A stretch of DNA of 64,000 bases, from contig CBDDDS010000001.1 of the NCBI GenBank assembly GCA_965226745.1, positions 37,536-101,535 on the forward strand, given 5' to 3'. The DNA comes from Dehalococcoidia bacterium. GTDB taxonomy: Bacteria > Chloroflexota > Dehalococcoidia > Lucifugimonadales > SAR202-VII-2. Position 1 is the stretch's first letter. Every line of letters begins with the position of its first letter. The position numbers and the translations under genes are program-made. Shown here piece after piece: positions 37,436 to 48,831 of this stretch. A model generated the notes under the pieces. The model searched no databases. It saw only the letters and a program-made list of their open reading frames with translations, and was not told the origin of the DNA.

Positions 37436-38290
37436 CTACCGCCGCCGTCTACGGACATACGCCAGGGCGGCGCCTACCACGAGGACTATCCCAGCAACCA
37501 CCAGGACGATCAACCATGCCGACACGCCGCCGCCACTCGACTCCTGTGCTGGAGGCGCGGGGGGAGCGGCCGTTGCAGGGGCGGCAGTCGGTCCGGGCGC
37601 CGAGGTGGCGGTTGGCGTCGGCGCGAGCGTGGGAGTGGGCGTCGGCGTCGGCGCGATGGTCGGCGCCAGCGTTGCCGTGGCAGTCGATTGCAGCGTTGGC
37701 GCCGATGTCGGCGCGGGTGTCAGCGTGGGCGCGGGCGTCGGTGTGGGCGTGGGCGCGGGTGTCGGAGTTGGCGCGGGCGTCGGCGTTGGCGTAGGCGCGG
37801 GTGTCGGGGTTGGCGTGGGTGTCGGAGTTGGCGTAGGGGTAGGCGTAGGTGTGGGTGTCGGGGTTGGCGGAGGGCCTACTCGTATACTGGAAGCGCCGCC
37901 CACCGATGCCTCCACTCTGTTCACATCCTTGATGGTCCCGGAGAAAACGTAGGAACCCTCGGCGGCGGGGGCGGTCACGGCATACGTAAAGGTTTCCTCC
38001 CCCAGCAGCGTGAAGGTGACGGTCTGGCCGTCAACGGCAACCTGAGATTCAGACAGGCCGGAGCCTGCGTAGGCGAACCCGGCGGGCAGCGTCTCCACGA
38101 CCTGCCCAAGACTGCCGTATCCGGTGGGGGCAATCGTGACCTCCAAACGCCCGCCCGGGAGCACCGACGACGCGGAGAAGGACCTGACTGCCCCGTGCGA
38201 CGTCGCCTCCACTGGAGCAGAGTGCAACAGCCCCACTACCCAAAGAGCCGCCCCGGCAACCGCCAACACCGCCAACGCTTTCCTGACCAA
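37436..38290 (-). CDS. Exported surface protein with Pro-Thr linker and C-terminal TM anchor
   Basis: Signal peptide, beta-rich domain, (PT)n linker, SSGGG-TM-RRRRR tail. Confidence 0.8.
   Translation of the reverse strand: MVRKALAVLAVAGAALWVVGLLHSAPVEATSHGAVRSFSASSVLPGGRLEVTIAPTGYGSLGQVVETLPAGFAYAGSGLSESQVAVDGQTVTFTLLGEETFTYAVTAPAAEGSYVFSGTIKDVNRVEASVGGASSIRVGPPPTPTPTPTPTPTPTPTPTPTPTPAPTPTPTPAPTPTPAPTPTPTPAPTLTPAPTSAPTLQSTATATLAPTIAPTPTPTPTLAPTPTATSAPGPTAAPATAAPPAPPAQESSGGGVSAWLIVLVVAGIVLVVGAALAYVRRRRR
37610..37872. repeat. Pro-Thr coding microsatellite
   Basis: Degenerate 6-bp GG(C/T)GT(C/G/T) repeats encoding PTPTPT on the minus strand. Confidence 0.85.
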
Positions 38291-38344
38291 TGCTCTCCCT
38301 CCCTTTTACCCTCTACGGCGCTCCACTCCCCGGCCGCCATCGAA

Positions 38345-41300
38345 TCAGCCGGCGAAGTAGACCGTGATGACCGCTATCGCCTCTTCCTTGCTGATGACCC
38401 CATTGAAGTAATCGACGGCCGCCGCGATAGCCTCGTCCCGTTCGACCACTCCGTTGTCGTCCTTGTCATACTGGCCAACCATGCCCTCCAACCCCACGTT
38501 GAGCACCGCGATCGTCACTGCGATGTAGCCCCCGGCCCCCGGCCATCCGCTACGCGCACGACCACGGAGTAGCTGCTCTTGGTCTCGTAGTCCAGGGGGA
38601 CATTGACCCGCAACTGGCCCGTCGCCGGATGCAAGACGAAGAACTGGGGGTCGGCGCCGCTCAGGGTGTAGGCCAGCGCGTCGCCGTCGGGGTCCCTGGC
38701 CGCCACCGGAGCGCCGATGTACTGGCCCACCACCGCGTTCTCGGCCACCGAGCGCGCGGTGACGGCGCCGTCGATGAACGACGGCGACCGGTTCGAAGGC
38801 GCGCCGCCTCCGCCGCCTCCACCGCTGCCTCCGCCCGTTATCGGTGGTGGCGGGGGCGGTGGAGGCGGTGGAGGCGGGGTTTCCCGAGCGGTTGCGGTCG
38901 CCTCGTTTGAGCATTCGGCGTCGCCGTCGGCGTTGACGGCGCGCAACTGGTAGGTGTAGATCGTTCCAACCGACACCTGGCTGTCCCGGTACGTTGTAGC
39001 CGCGACGCTAGGTCCGGGAGTGACGAGAGCATAGCTCTCGCCGGCCTCCTTGCGTTCCAGCTCGTATCGGGTGATGGGGCTACCGTTGTCGCCCGGTGTG
39101 CTCCACGTCACGTCAATGTGTGCACTCGCTCCTGATGCCCGCAGATTCGTGATCTGCCGCGGCGCCGCAACCAACTCCGTCGTGACCGAGTCGTCATTGT
39201 CCCCCGGCATCCGATCGAGTTGGTCTCCTTCGGCCGTAGCCTTGAAGCCAATGTCCCCCGAGGCGTTGTCGGTGACCTCGACAACAATCTCGCCCTCGGC
39301 GGTGTCGCTGAGCCCAACGGTTCCAAGCGAGCACGTGACAGTGCGGCCGGAGCGCCTGCACTGACCGGTTGACGGCGCCGAGACACTAGCCGAGACAAAG
39401 GTCACGCCGGCATCCAGCGTTGCGGTGAGAACCGTGTTGGTGGATGCGGCCGGCCCGCTGTTGATGACTGCCCAATCGTAGGTGATCTCATCCCTCGGCG
39501 AGGCGATGCTACGGTCGGCGTTGACCGTCGTCCGCAAGTCCACCAGCGAGGCAATATCGTCCGTGGTGGTCACCGTCGCGGTCATGTCGCCCCGCAGCAG
39601 GTACGGTTGGCTCGGGCCTACGAACGCCAACACAACGCGGAACGTCTCAAGCGGCTCGTTGACCGTGTCATGTTCAACGTTCACGGTGAAGTCGCGCGAA
39701 GCCACCCAGCGAGACTCGCCGTCCACTGTGGTCCGGGAAAAGTCGTTGCGTTCGAACGTTTCCGTCACGGACAGCGGCTCGTAGTCCGAGGGCTGCCTTG
39801 CGGCGCCATTGACTGTGTTCACCGTGAATTCGAAGGCGAACCCGCTCTCCGGGCGCTTGTCCGTTGAGGTGACCGCCCTGCCGCGCAGGGTAACCGCCGT
39901 TGTCTGGCCGGGACTCGTGGGCTCCTCCGCGGTGAACTCCGTCTCCTCCCATCCAAGCGTGACCGGCGCGTGGTCGTTGTCGGCAATGGTCACCGTCGCA
40001 GTGTCGGGACCTCCCTGCAGATGGGGGAGGCTTGAGTCGGAGTAGTTCAGGGTTACCTTGAAGTCCTCGTTCGGCTCGTCGCCGGTGTCATCGATGATGG
40101 AAACGCTGATGTCCCGGGTTGCCTGGAAACGGAATTGGCCCCCCACGTCAGTGCGCGTGAAGTCGCCCTGGCCGAACCTGAAGCTGCTGGTCAGCCTCCG
40201 ATAGTCCGAGCCTTGGGTGGCGGTGTCGTCGGCCGTCGTTGCGGACAGGGGGACGGTGAAACCGCTCTCCGGCATTTTGTCCGACGCGGTGGTAGCCCGG
40301 GCCTGCAGGGTGATCGTTGTCGCATCCTCGTCGACGCTCACGAACGACTGGTCCCAGCTGATCGTGACGGGTACGAAGTCGTTGTCGGTGATCTTTACGC
40401 TCATAATGGCTGGTCCGCCCTGCAGGTGAGACGGGCCGGGATTCGCGTACTCCATGGTGACCGTGAAGTCCTCATCATCTTCGTCGGATGTGTCATCCAC
40501 AATGGGCGCCAGCACTTGCTTTGCGGCGCGATAGCGGCGTTCGCCGTTGACGGTTACCCGGCTGAAGTCGTTCCGGCTGAAAGTGACGGTATCGTCCACC
40601 TGCGTATAGTCGCCGGGCTGAGCCGCGCTGCCGTTAGATGTAGAGATGGAGGCGTCGAAGGAGAATCCGTCTTCAGGCCGCTTGTCCACAGTGGTGACGG
40701 CGTAGGCGCGCAGTGTGGCGCTTCCGGCGTTCTCACCGACCGTTATGTCTGACCGTTCCCAGCTGAGAGTAACTGGAACGTGTTCGTTGTCCTTGATTGT
40801 GACGACTACCGTAGAGGGCCCTCCCTGGAGATGCCTGAGGCCGGGAGTCAGGTAGGCCAGCCTTACGTTGAAGGCTTCGTCCGATTCATCCACTGTGTCG
40901 TCTATGATGGCTACGGTGAAATCCCTGGTTGCGCGGTATCGCTGCTGGCCGTTCACGTCGGTCTGGCTAAAGTCGCTCGCGACAAAGGTCGCGGACGAAG
41001 GCGGAGCCGGGTAGTCGTCGTCTTGGGTCGTGGCGGTATCGGTGGTGGTCAGACTCACATCGAAGGTGAAGTCAGCCACCGGCGGCGCGTCCAGTGTGGT
41101 TGTGAAGACTGCCCTCAGAACTACGCTCCCGGCGTCCTCGGCCACTTCAATAGAGGTCTCTTCCCACTGCAACGTTACGGGTATATCGTCCGGCAGCGGA
41201 GTGCCGGTCTCTGTGTCAGACCATGCTCCATCCCCCGCGGAGTTGACGGCCCGCACCTGTACGTCGTACTCCGTCGTGTTTGTGAGATTGGAAATGACAT

Positions 41301-44300
41301 ATCGAAGGTCGCCGCTTCTCCAGGCGTTGTCCCGCACCATCCAGTTGGATTCCACCGTCTCGTCTTCGCTGGTCTCGATGTAGCGCACATCGTAGGCTGT
41401 GATGTCCCCGCCGCCCGTGTCAGCGGGAACAGTCCAGACGACAGCCATGGTCCTATCGCCGCGTGAGATGGAGGTTATGGCCGGCGCCGCCGGCTTGACC
41501 GTGGTGGGCTCCTCAGCTTCCTCTAGGGACCAGGGGCCGTGTCCGGAATCGTTGTGGGCCCGCAGTTGAAATTCGTACTTAACTCCGCCCTCAAGGCCAG
41601 TGATGGTCTAGCTCCGGTTGCTCGGCGTCCCCACGCCTGTCTCATCAGACCAGTTGCCATCGCTCTTGTCCGTAGCATCGTCTCGGATATAGCGCAGGTC
41701 GTAGGAGGTGATGGCCGTCTCCCCTGTGTCGGTCGGCGCTTTCCAGTCAATTTCGAGTGTGCCTCCACCCGGAGTCACAACGTCGATCTCAGGCTCGCCG
41801 GGAACGAAGCCATGACCGTAAATGGTGAGACCCCACGACCTGAGAGCTCCCGTATCCCTTCTACTAAGGTCTTTAATCCGCAGCGTCCACTCGCCGGCCG
41901 CGTCCTCGCCCAAGTGGCGGGCCGAACCAAAGCGAAACTCAGTGTTCAACGCCCCGTTTATCGGGGCGGAAGTGGACAGCGTTGAAACGGCCCCTGAGGG
42001 CGAGACCAGCTCAACGGTCAGGTCCCGGAAGGAAGAGTGGTTGAAGTGGGCATTGACCTCCACAAACTCAACGAACTCCACATAAGGGTCTACGTTCAGA
42101 CTGGCGGTAACCGTGGTAGGCGTACCGGACGACGGCAAGTCGGGGATTGACAGGTTGATGACGCTTGACGCCGAGGTAATTTCCCTCAAATCTCGGACGT
42201 TTGTCCAAGTTGTGGCTAGGTCCACGGCCGCCTTGGCGTCCACCATGCCGAAGCCGTACTCATGGTTGAAGTTATAACGGTCCGTGGTCGACCCGTATTT
42301 GAAAGCTCCTTCTACCCAGTCGGTGTTATCCGGGTCGTTCTTGTGGGCGGAGGCCGCCAGGATGAGCTTGACGTCCCGCCAAGTCAGCGCGTTGTTGGCT
42401 TCGCGCACCAGAGCAACCACGCCCGAGACTATAGGAGTGGCGGCGCTGGTGCCTCCAAACGTGCCCCTGTAACGGTGGCCGTTGTCGGTGGTGGCTATTC
42501 TGGGTTGGCCCACCCTCCCGCTGCTGGACGGTCCGCACACCCACAGGTTTGCGCCTGCTTCCGAGTAGCTGCTTCTTATGTCGTCGTGGCCGACGGCGCA
42601 GACGGCCGTGACGGCGTAGAAGTTGGCATTTTCGTCCAGGGTGGAGTAGTCATCGTCTCCTCCGTTGCCGGCAGCCCAAGCGTAGAATACGCCTTTCCCG
42701 CCGTATCCGGAGGTGACACCGTTCTTGACCGCAGTCTCCCACAGCTCAGTGGCAGGTTCCGGGCGACCGTAATCCCCAGGGCCCCAGCTGTTGTTGGATA
42801 TGGCCGTGGTCGCCGCGTTGCGAGACATGGCGTCCGCTTCGTTGGCAACAGTATCTTCCAGCAGATAATTGTATCCGTATATCTTGGCCTCGGGGGCTAC
42901 GCCGCGCAAGCCCAGACTGTTGTCCTTCGCCGCGATGAGGCCGGCCACGGCGGTGCCGTGGTCCTCGAATGGATTGTATATGTCGGTTTTGTCGGTCAGG
43001 TCCGGGTCATAGTTGTGATTGAAGGAGGTGAGGACGTTGTCAGTCAGGTCCTCGTGCCGGTAGTGCATTCCATCGTCCACCACTGCCACGTTGATGCCGG
43101 AGCCTGTGTATGTGGGCCACACCTCCTCGACGCGTATGTCATGCCCACCACTGTTGCGGAACTGGTCATTGTTCTTCAGGTGCCACTGGCAGCCGTAGAG
43201 CGGGTCGTTTATGCCGCTGCTGGTCGTGATGTTGGAGCAGCGGTTTACAAAATAAGTGTAGCCGCCCTCCACGTTAGCCCGGACGGTGTAGCGGCCTGTG
43301 TCTGTGGCATCCTTGCCCGTCACCTTCAAGTAATATGTGCCCGCGTCCAGTCTGCCCTCGAAGATAAACAAGTCGTCAAAGTGAATCGAATCTACCGGTG
43401 CCCGGAGATCGTTTTCATCGGTTAGGCCACCGCTGATATTAGTGACGTCGCTCACTCCGCCGACGGTCACGTAAGTTGTCTCTTCGAGGGTCAGGCTGAA
43501 GTAGTCCTCGTCGCCAGCCGGGTCTATATTGCCGCCCGCCGTACCGCCAAGGGCCAGTGGCTGGGCTTCGGCGATGGCGCCGCCCGGCTCGGTTATTTCT
43601 GTAGCGTATACCGTGTACGGCCCATCGGAATTACTTGCGAAAGAGCTGACCTTAACGTAGTAGGTTCCCCGTTGGAGGCTTTCCCGAATGAGAAAATTTC
43701 TTCTATTTCCGGGTAGATAGCCATCGTCGTTGGACGCTATCACCGTGCCGTTGCTCCTTTGCAGCTCACCGACGGTGTCAGGGAAGCCGGAGGCGCGAAT
43801 GGCAACTTCCGTTGTCTCGGAAAGCTCCAGCTTGAAGTAGTCATCGTCGTCTTCCGGGTCAATTGTGCCGCTCGCAGAGCTGTTGAGATTCAGAGTGGCC
43901 GCGTTGCTCCTTGAAGTTGTGTCCCTAAACTCCCTGATCCTAAGGACATATGGTTCGTCAGTAGATCCGTAGCCGGTTACCTTGATGTAGTACGTCCCGG
44001 ACTGGAGTCTTTGCCACAGGAAGAAGTTGTCTGGGTTGGGCAGCACGGCGCCTCTATCATTGCTCTCGATGGAGATGCCGCCGCTGTCCAGCAGCTCACC
44101 CACGGTATCCAGGTCGCTTAATGTATATATCCAGTAATCGGCTGTCCTTGACACGCTAAAGCTGAAGTAGTCTTCATCGTCGGCGGGGTCAATGGCTCCC
44201 CACACCCTCGCGCCCGCGGTCACGCTCGTGGCTGCGGCGCGAGTGTCGCCGTGGTCCGCGGGAGTTGCGCTGGATGTCGCCGACCAGGCGCCGTCGACAT

Positions 44301-44955
44301 CCTTCTCGTCAACCGCCCGCATCTGCACGTCGTACTCCGTGCCGTTGGTCAGGCCGGTGACGGCGTAGCTCAAACTGCCATCGCCGTCTCCCCAGGCATC
44401 CTCCTCCACAGTCCAGTTGGCGTCCACCGCCTCATCTGCGCTGGTCTCGATGTAGCGCACGTCGTACGCCGCGACTCCGGTGGTGATTCCGGTGGGAGCG
44501 CTCCAGGAAACCAGCACGGCCTGGTCGTCAGCGCGAACGGAATCGACGGTGAGAGCGGGCAAGGCCGGCGTCCCGACCTCAGTTGGAGACCAGATCCCGT
44601 CTCCGTTGGAGTTTACCGCCCGCACCTGCACGTCGTACTCCGTGCCGTTGGTCAGGCCGGTGATGGTGTATTCCAGCGCGCCGGATGTCCAGGCGTTGTC
44701 CTCGACAGTCCAGTTGGAGTCAATCGTCTCATCCGCGCTGGTCTCGATGTGACGCACGTCGTAGGCCATGATGCCGGTTTCGCCGGCGGGAGCGGTCCAT
44801 GCAACGGTGAGTGTGGTATCTCCAGAGGATACGGAGTCGAAGGTAGGCGCGGCGGGCACAGACTGCGCGCTGGCGTAGCCCAGGGCCAGCACTAGGCAGA
44901 GCATGGCGCATCCCGCCGCCCACAGCAATCTGGCCGGGCTGACCATCCTGGTCAT
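38345..44955 (-). pseudogene. Giant secreted protein (~2200 codons): FN3x2, PPC-like repeats, kexin-like S8 peptidase + P domain, FN3s, Calx-beta repeats, DUF11, FN3, cadherin, EF-hand-like tail; interrupted twice
   Basis: S8 motifs VDDG/HGTAVAG/AAGN/GTSAATP; in-frame TAG at 41608-41610 links ORFs 41608..44955 and 38515..41448; frameshift near 38535. Confidence 0.8.
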
Positions 44956-45034
44956 GGGATAGATGACTCCGAAGAGACGTTAGCTTGCACAGGAAAAGTG
45001 GGTCACAACAACCCGTGGTATCCGCAGGCAGCAA

Positions 45035-45811
45035 TCACTTCGGGGTGGCTTCTCTTCCCCAGTTAGGACTGGAGATTTCCACACCGTCCTGCACTGCCAG
45101 GGTGTTGGCGAGGTCCAGCGAGGGGAACCCTGGTTCAGTATCAACGAAGAAGCCATTGGCGACGTAGCCCAACTCCGACACGCGGTCCATCTTGATCCCG
45201 TTGTTGGAGAAAAAGGCGTTCGTTTCCGCCTGGCTCCATTCAGAGCTGAGCACCAGCAGAACGCCGCCGGGTAGGGTCAACAGCGCGCCAGACTCCGAGC
45301 GAAAGACGGGCAGCGTATCACTCTTCGATTGTCCATCCGCACTCCTGGCGACGTTGGTTCCATCCTCATTGGCTGAAACGACGTCACGAGGCAGTCCGCC
45401 GGAGCCCTTCTCTACTACCAGGTCTGTCTGAAGCTTCACCGTCATAGTCCTATCGCCGTCCTGCCAGGTGTAGGGTTCACCCTCGAAAGGGCCGGTGGCG
45501 CCGGCGCCACCCTTCTGGGGAGAATCCGGATCAACAACCGCTATGGGTTCCTGTTTCTTGGACGTTCCGGAAGAGTCGACGGGCGCGAATTCAATCCCGT
45601 CGCCGGCAGACGACGCGGGAGTCGGTGTTGACGCGGAGTCTTCCACTAGAGGAGCGGATTCGGTGGCGGTGGGCTTGAGGAGTGGCGATGTGGTCTCCGT
45701 TGGCACTGCAGCGGGCTGGTCCGTCGGTGCAGACGATCCGCATCCGGCCAGGACCGCCGTCACGCCTGATACAAGGGCAACTATGGTGAGCAGGACAACG
45801 AGCTTTCTCAT
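45035..45811 (-). CDS. Lipoprotein, candidate S8-protease prodomain/chaperone
   Basis: Lipobox LAGC, low-complexity linker, C-terminal domain ending LANTLA...VEISSPNW. Confidence 0.7.
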   Translation of the reverse strand: MRKLVVLLTIVALVSGVTAVLAGCGSSAPTDQPAAVPTETTSPLLKPTATESAPLVEDSASTPTPASSAGDGIEFAPVDSSGTSKKQEPIAVVDPDSPQKGGAGATGPFEGEPYTWQDGDRTMTVKLQTDLVVEKGSGGLPRDVVSANEDGTNVARSADGQSKSDTLPVFRSESGALLTLPGGVLLVLSSEWSQAETNAFFSNNGIKMDRVSELGYVANGFFVDTEPGFPSLDLANTLAVQDGVEISSPNWGREATPK

Positions 45812-46551
45812 TTCACTCCACCTGTAGGGCCTTAAATTATATTCGGTGTAACGGCCGTTGAGTAGCCATTGGGCGCGGAAATTCCGAGACGTCTCGCGAA
45901 GGGAAGTTCCGCGTCCACGAACCCAACGCTCCAGTGGTCCTGTCGCTGAGAGCGAGACGGTGACGGCCTTCTATGTTGACGGCGGAGACCAGGCCGAACC
46001 AGCCGAGCGGCGCAGTTGGCCTCCATGCGCCAGACTCCCGGATCAGGAAGGGGGATTGAGGTTGTCAGAGAGGACCGCCGGGTCTACGTGCGGATGCACG
46101 GGCCGGAGTATCTGAGCAACGAGAAGGTGCTTTGCCGTGCCATCATCAGGGAGGAGGAACTTGAACGGACCGTACGGGAATTGGAGCGGAGCGCGTCGGA
46201 GTTGGAGCGGGAACGGGACGGCGCCAGGGACGCTGCATATGTTAGGGAAGACGCGTACGGGGAACTGGAGGAATTGTCGACGTCGATCAGCAGACGCAAC
46301 CCCCTATGGCGGACAGGGGATTGTCACCGACGCCAGCATACGGTTCACCGTAAATGACACAAGTCCGACGAACACGCTTTGGGGTCAGCGGCGCAGTAGC
46401 GTTCTCAGCCACGCAGGGAACTAAGCAGGGCGACGGTTGCGCCTGGCCCGGCGTTCGGCTTCCTCACGCCATTCGTACGCCTGGCGCTCGTCGACCGGTG
46501 TCGGGCGCTTCTTGATTCCGTCGGCCGCCCTGGCGCTGTCGTCGAGACCCA

Positions 46552-46752
46552 TACGCCACACCCATCCGGTCGGAGGAGGGCGGGGTAGAGTCCGTCGGCG
46601 TCACCATACAGGATATGACGCCCCTGGAGCAGATGGAACGGCTTCGGGCCGAGTTTTTCGGCATTCTGAGCCACGAGCTGCGGACGCCGCTAACCTCCGT
46701 CAAAGGCTCAGCCGCCACGCTCACCGAGGAGGCGTCCGACCTGGACCCCGTA
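46552..46752 (+). pseudogene. PAS/histidine kinase (HisKA) fragment
   Basis: VTIQDMTPLEQMERLRAEFFGILSHELRTPLTSVKG; no HATPase domain follows. Confidence 0.75.
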
Positions 46753-47494
46753 CGGCATGAGCTGGGCAGGAGCGTTCTTTGATCTGACTATCGTGGGTTG
46801 GCTGCTCTGGAGGAAGACTCGGCCCTTCGCCTATACCTTGCTCGTGATGTTCCATATAGCAACGGGGCTCTTGTTCCCCCCTATTGGCATGTTCCCCTTG
46901 ATTATGACCGGGGCCGCGCTCATCTTCTTCGATCCTGACTGGCCAGTCCGCCTTGCAAGACGGCTGCGTAGACCAAACGGTGCGTTGCCTGCATCTACTC
47001 CTGCCTCCTTGCCCTAGACCGAAGCGCGATTTCTGTCGTGGCCGGTTCGGGCAGCCCTCCTCCTCGGAGTTGTTTTCCTGGCAGTGCAAGCGCTCATCCC
47101 CCTCAGGCGCCTGGCCTACCCGGGGAACGTGCGCTGGACGGAGGAAGGCTACCGATTCTCTTGGAGAGTCCTCGTTACGGAGAAGACCGGCCTCGTAAAG
47201 TTTCGTGTGAACAGCCACTCCGCGAATGAAGCGCGAATAGTCTATCCTGAGGAGTACCTGACGCCTACTCAAGTGGAGCGCATGGCGTATCAGCCGGACA
47301 TGATCCTGGCTACTGCGCACATCATCCGAGACGATCTCATCCGGAGAGGGCACGAAGGCGTCGAAGTTCGAGCAGACGCCTTCGTCACGTACAACAGACG
47401 GCCCTCAGCTCGTCTGATAGACCCAGAAGTCGACCTTGCCCGCATCGATTCGGGGATCGGCCCCAAGCGCTGGATCCTGCCCCCGCCAACGTAG
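46751..47494 (+). pseudogene. HTTM / vitamin K-dependent gamma-carboxylase-like protein, 5'-truncated with internal TAG
   Basis: SWAGAFFDL, FH...IGMFP, WTEEGYRFSWRV, QPDMIL; TAG at 47015-47017 in frame with 47084..47494. Confidence 0.75.
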
Positions 47495-47509
47495 GAGGTG
47501 ATTGGCAAC

Positions 47510-48253
47510 ATGCAGACTTCACGTCAGCCAAGCTCGCATCATCCGAGCAAGAAAACAACCGGGCCCCCTTCCGACTCCGCTGCCCGCAAAGCCGGAATGC
47601 TTCTCATACTCTCTGCAACTGCTACCATCATCGCCGTTGTCGGCAGGCTCTCCGCCGACGCCGACCAGCTCACGCTCGCAGAATCCCTAGTTGCCATCTC
47701 GGAAAGCAGCGGTCTCTACGGCATGGGAGGCGCCGCACGATTCATCTCAGGAGTCGCGCTGGCGGCTGGAGCATGGTTCCTGTTGAGGACATGGATCATT
47801 CGAGAGCGTCTGGGCACGCCGCTTGTCCCGGCCTTATTTGCCGCATCGGGCCTATTCACGGCCTTGTCGGGCGCATGCGCCGTCGCATTGGCGGCATCTG
47901 TCTTTGGCGCGTATGATCCCGACCTCAGCGTCATAGACGCCTCCACCGAAACGACAGCCTATCTCCGATGGCTTACCGGCAAGATAGGTTTCGCGGTGGC
48001 AGGGCTGGGATTGGTCGTTGCCGCGCGGCGCCAGTGGAGGGGCGGCGGGACTCTTAGGCACATCTCGCCTGTATCCGCTGTAGTCGGCATCGCGATGCAG
48101 CTCATCTGGTTCGATGCCGCAACCATCATGCACCCCATCATTGGGGTTGCCTTTTTTGTTTGGCTTGTCGCCATTGGCGGCATGCTCCTGACAGGTAGGG
48201 TAGAACGGCATTTCGTCGCAATGCTTGGGCATCCTCGACAAACTAGCGGGTAA
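47510..48253 (+). CDS. Hypothetical multi-pass membrane protein
   Basis: GGAGG RBS; about six hydrophobic segments. Confidence 0.65.
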   Translation: MQTSRQPSSHHPSKKTTGPPSDSAARKAGMLLILSATATIIAVVGRLSADADQLTLAESLVAISESSGLYGMGGAARFISGVALAAGAWFLLRTWIIRERLGTPLVPALFAASGLFTALSGACAVALAASVFGAYDPDLSVIDASTETTAYLRWLTGKIGFAVAGLGLVVAARRQWRGGGTLRHISPVSAVVGIAMQLIWFDAATIMHPIIGVAFFVWLVAIGGMLLTGRVERHFVAMLGHPRQTSG

Positions 48254-48831
48254 GCGCTTGGAACGGGACACTGCCTACTTCCAACATGATCTGGACCACC
48301 CTCGCCGGGTACTGCCGAGGCCTCCCCTCCTCTGTGAACACGAAATACGCGCCAAAGACCCTCCGGGCTGCTGAATGTCTTCTCTGAGCATAGTGAGCCA
48401 TCCGCCCGAATCCTCCGTGGACAATAATGGCCATACCACTCTTGGCGACTGTCCAGAGCTGCGCGTTCCGCGTTGTGCAAAGCCGTTTCTTATGGATCTG
48501 GCGCTTGTCCACCTCCTCCAATGTTGGTTTGGCAAGTATTAGCCACTCCATCCCAAACGCCATTCGCCGCACCGCCTCGCGCCTCGCGGGCAGCCTTCCA
48601 CTATGGAGACCTTGCGCGGGAGGACGCACGCGACGACTGAGACAGCGGTTGTTACCCCTGATTGTCGTCAACCCTCCCGCCGCTTGTAGTATTGATGTCT
48701 GGGGTGACGCCAGTCTTGCAACGACGCCGTCGTCTGTATGAGACCCGGAGGGCGGCTCCGACGGGAACCACCTCCCCAAGCCGCTAATCGAGCGTTGCCG
48801 CCGACCAGCCCGGCGTCGCAGCAACAGCCGT

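Larger units (their letters stand above)
35471..48830. mobile_element. Degenerate tRNA-Arg-associated genomic island (right boundary uncertain)
   Basis: Recombinase remnant at tRNA, many gene fragments and nonsense mutations, surface-protein cargo. Confidence 0.55.

Noticed and set aside
42262-43425. 387-aa plus-strand ORF (likewise 2490..3584, 7579..8511, 15056..16243, 33403..34596)
   Set aside because: Antisense shadows of well-supported genes
45860-46430. Short ORFs in island debris (also 36464-36960 and 48243-48830)
   Set aside because: Fragmentary, with no recognisable domain or convincing start; left unannotated
35471-48830. Island-wide genetic code change (TAG = Gln)
   Set aside because: Island genes ending at 36081, 37436 and 47494 use TAG as a true stop; TGA nonsense and frameshift lesions also occur
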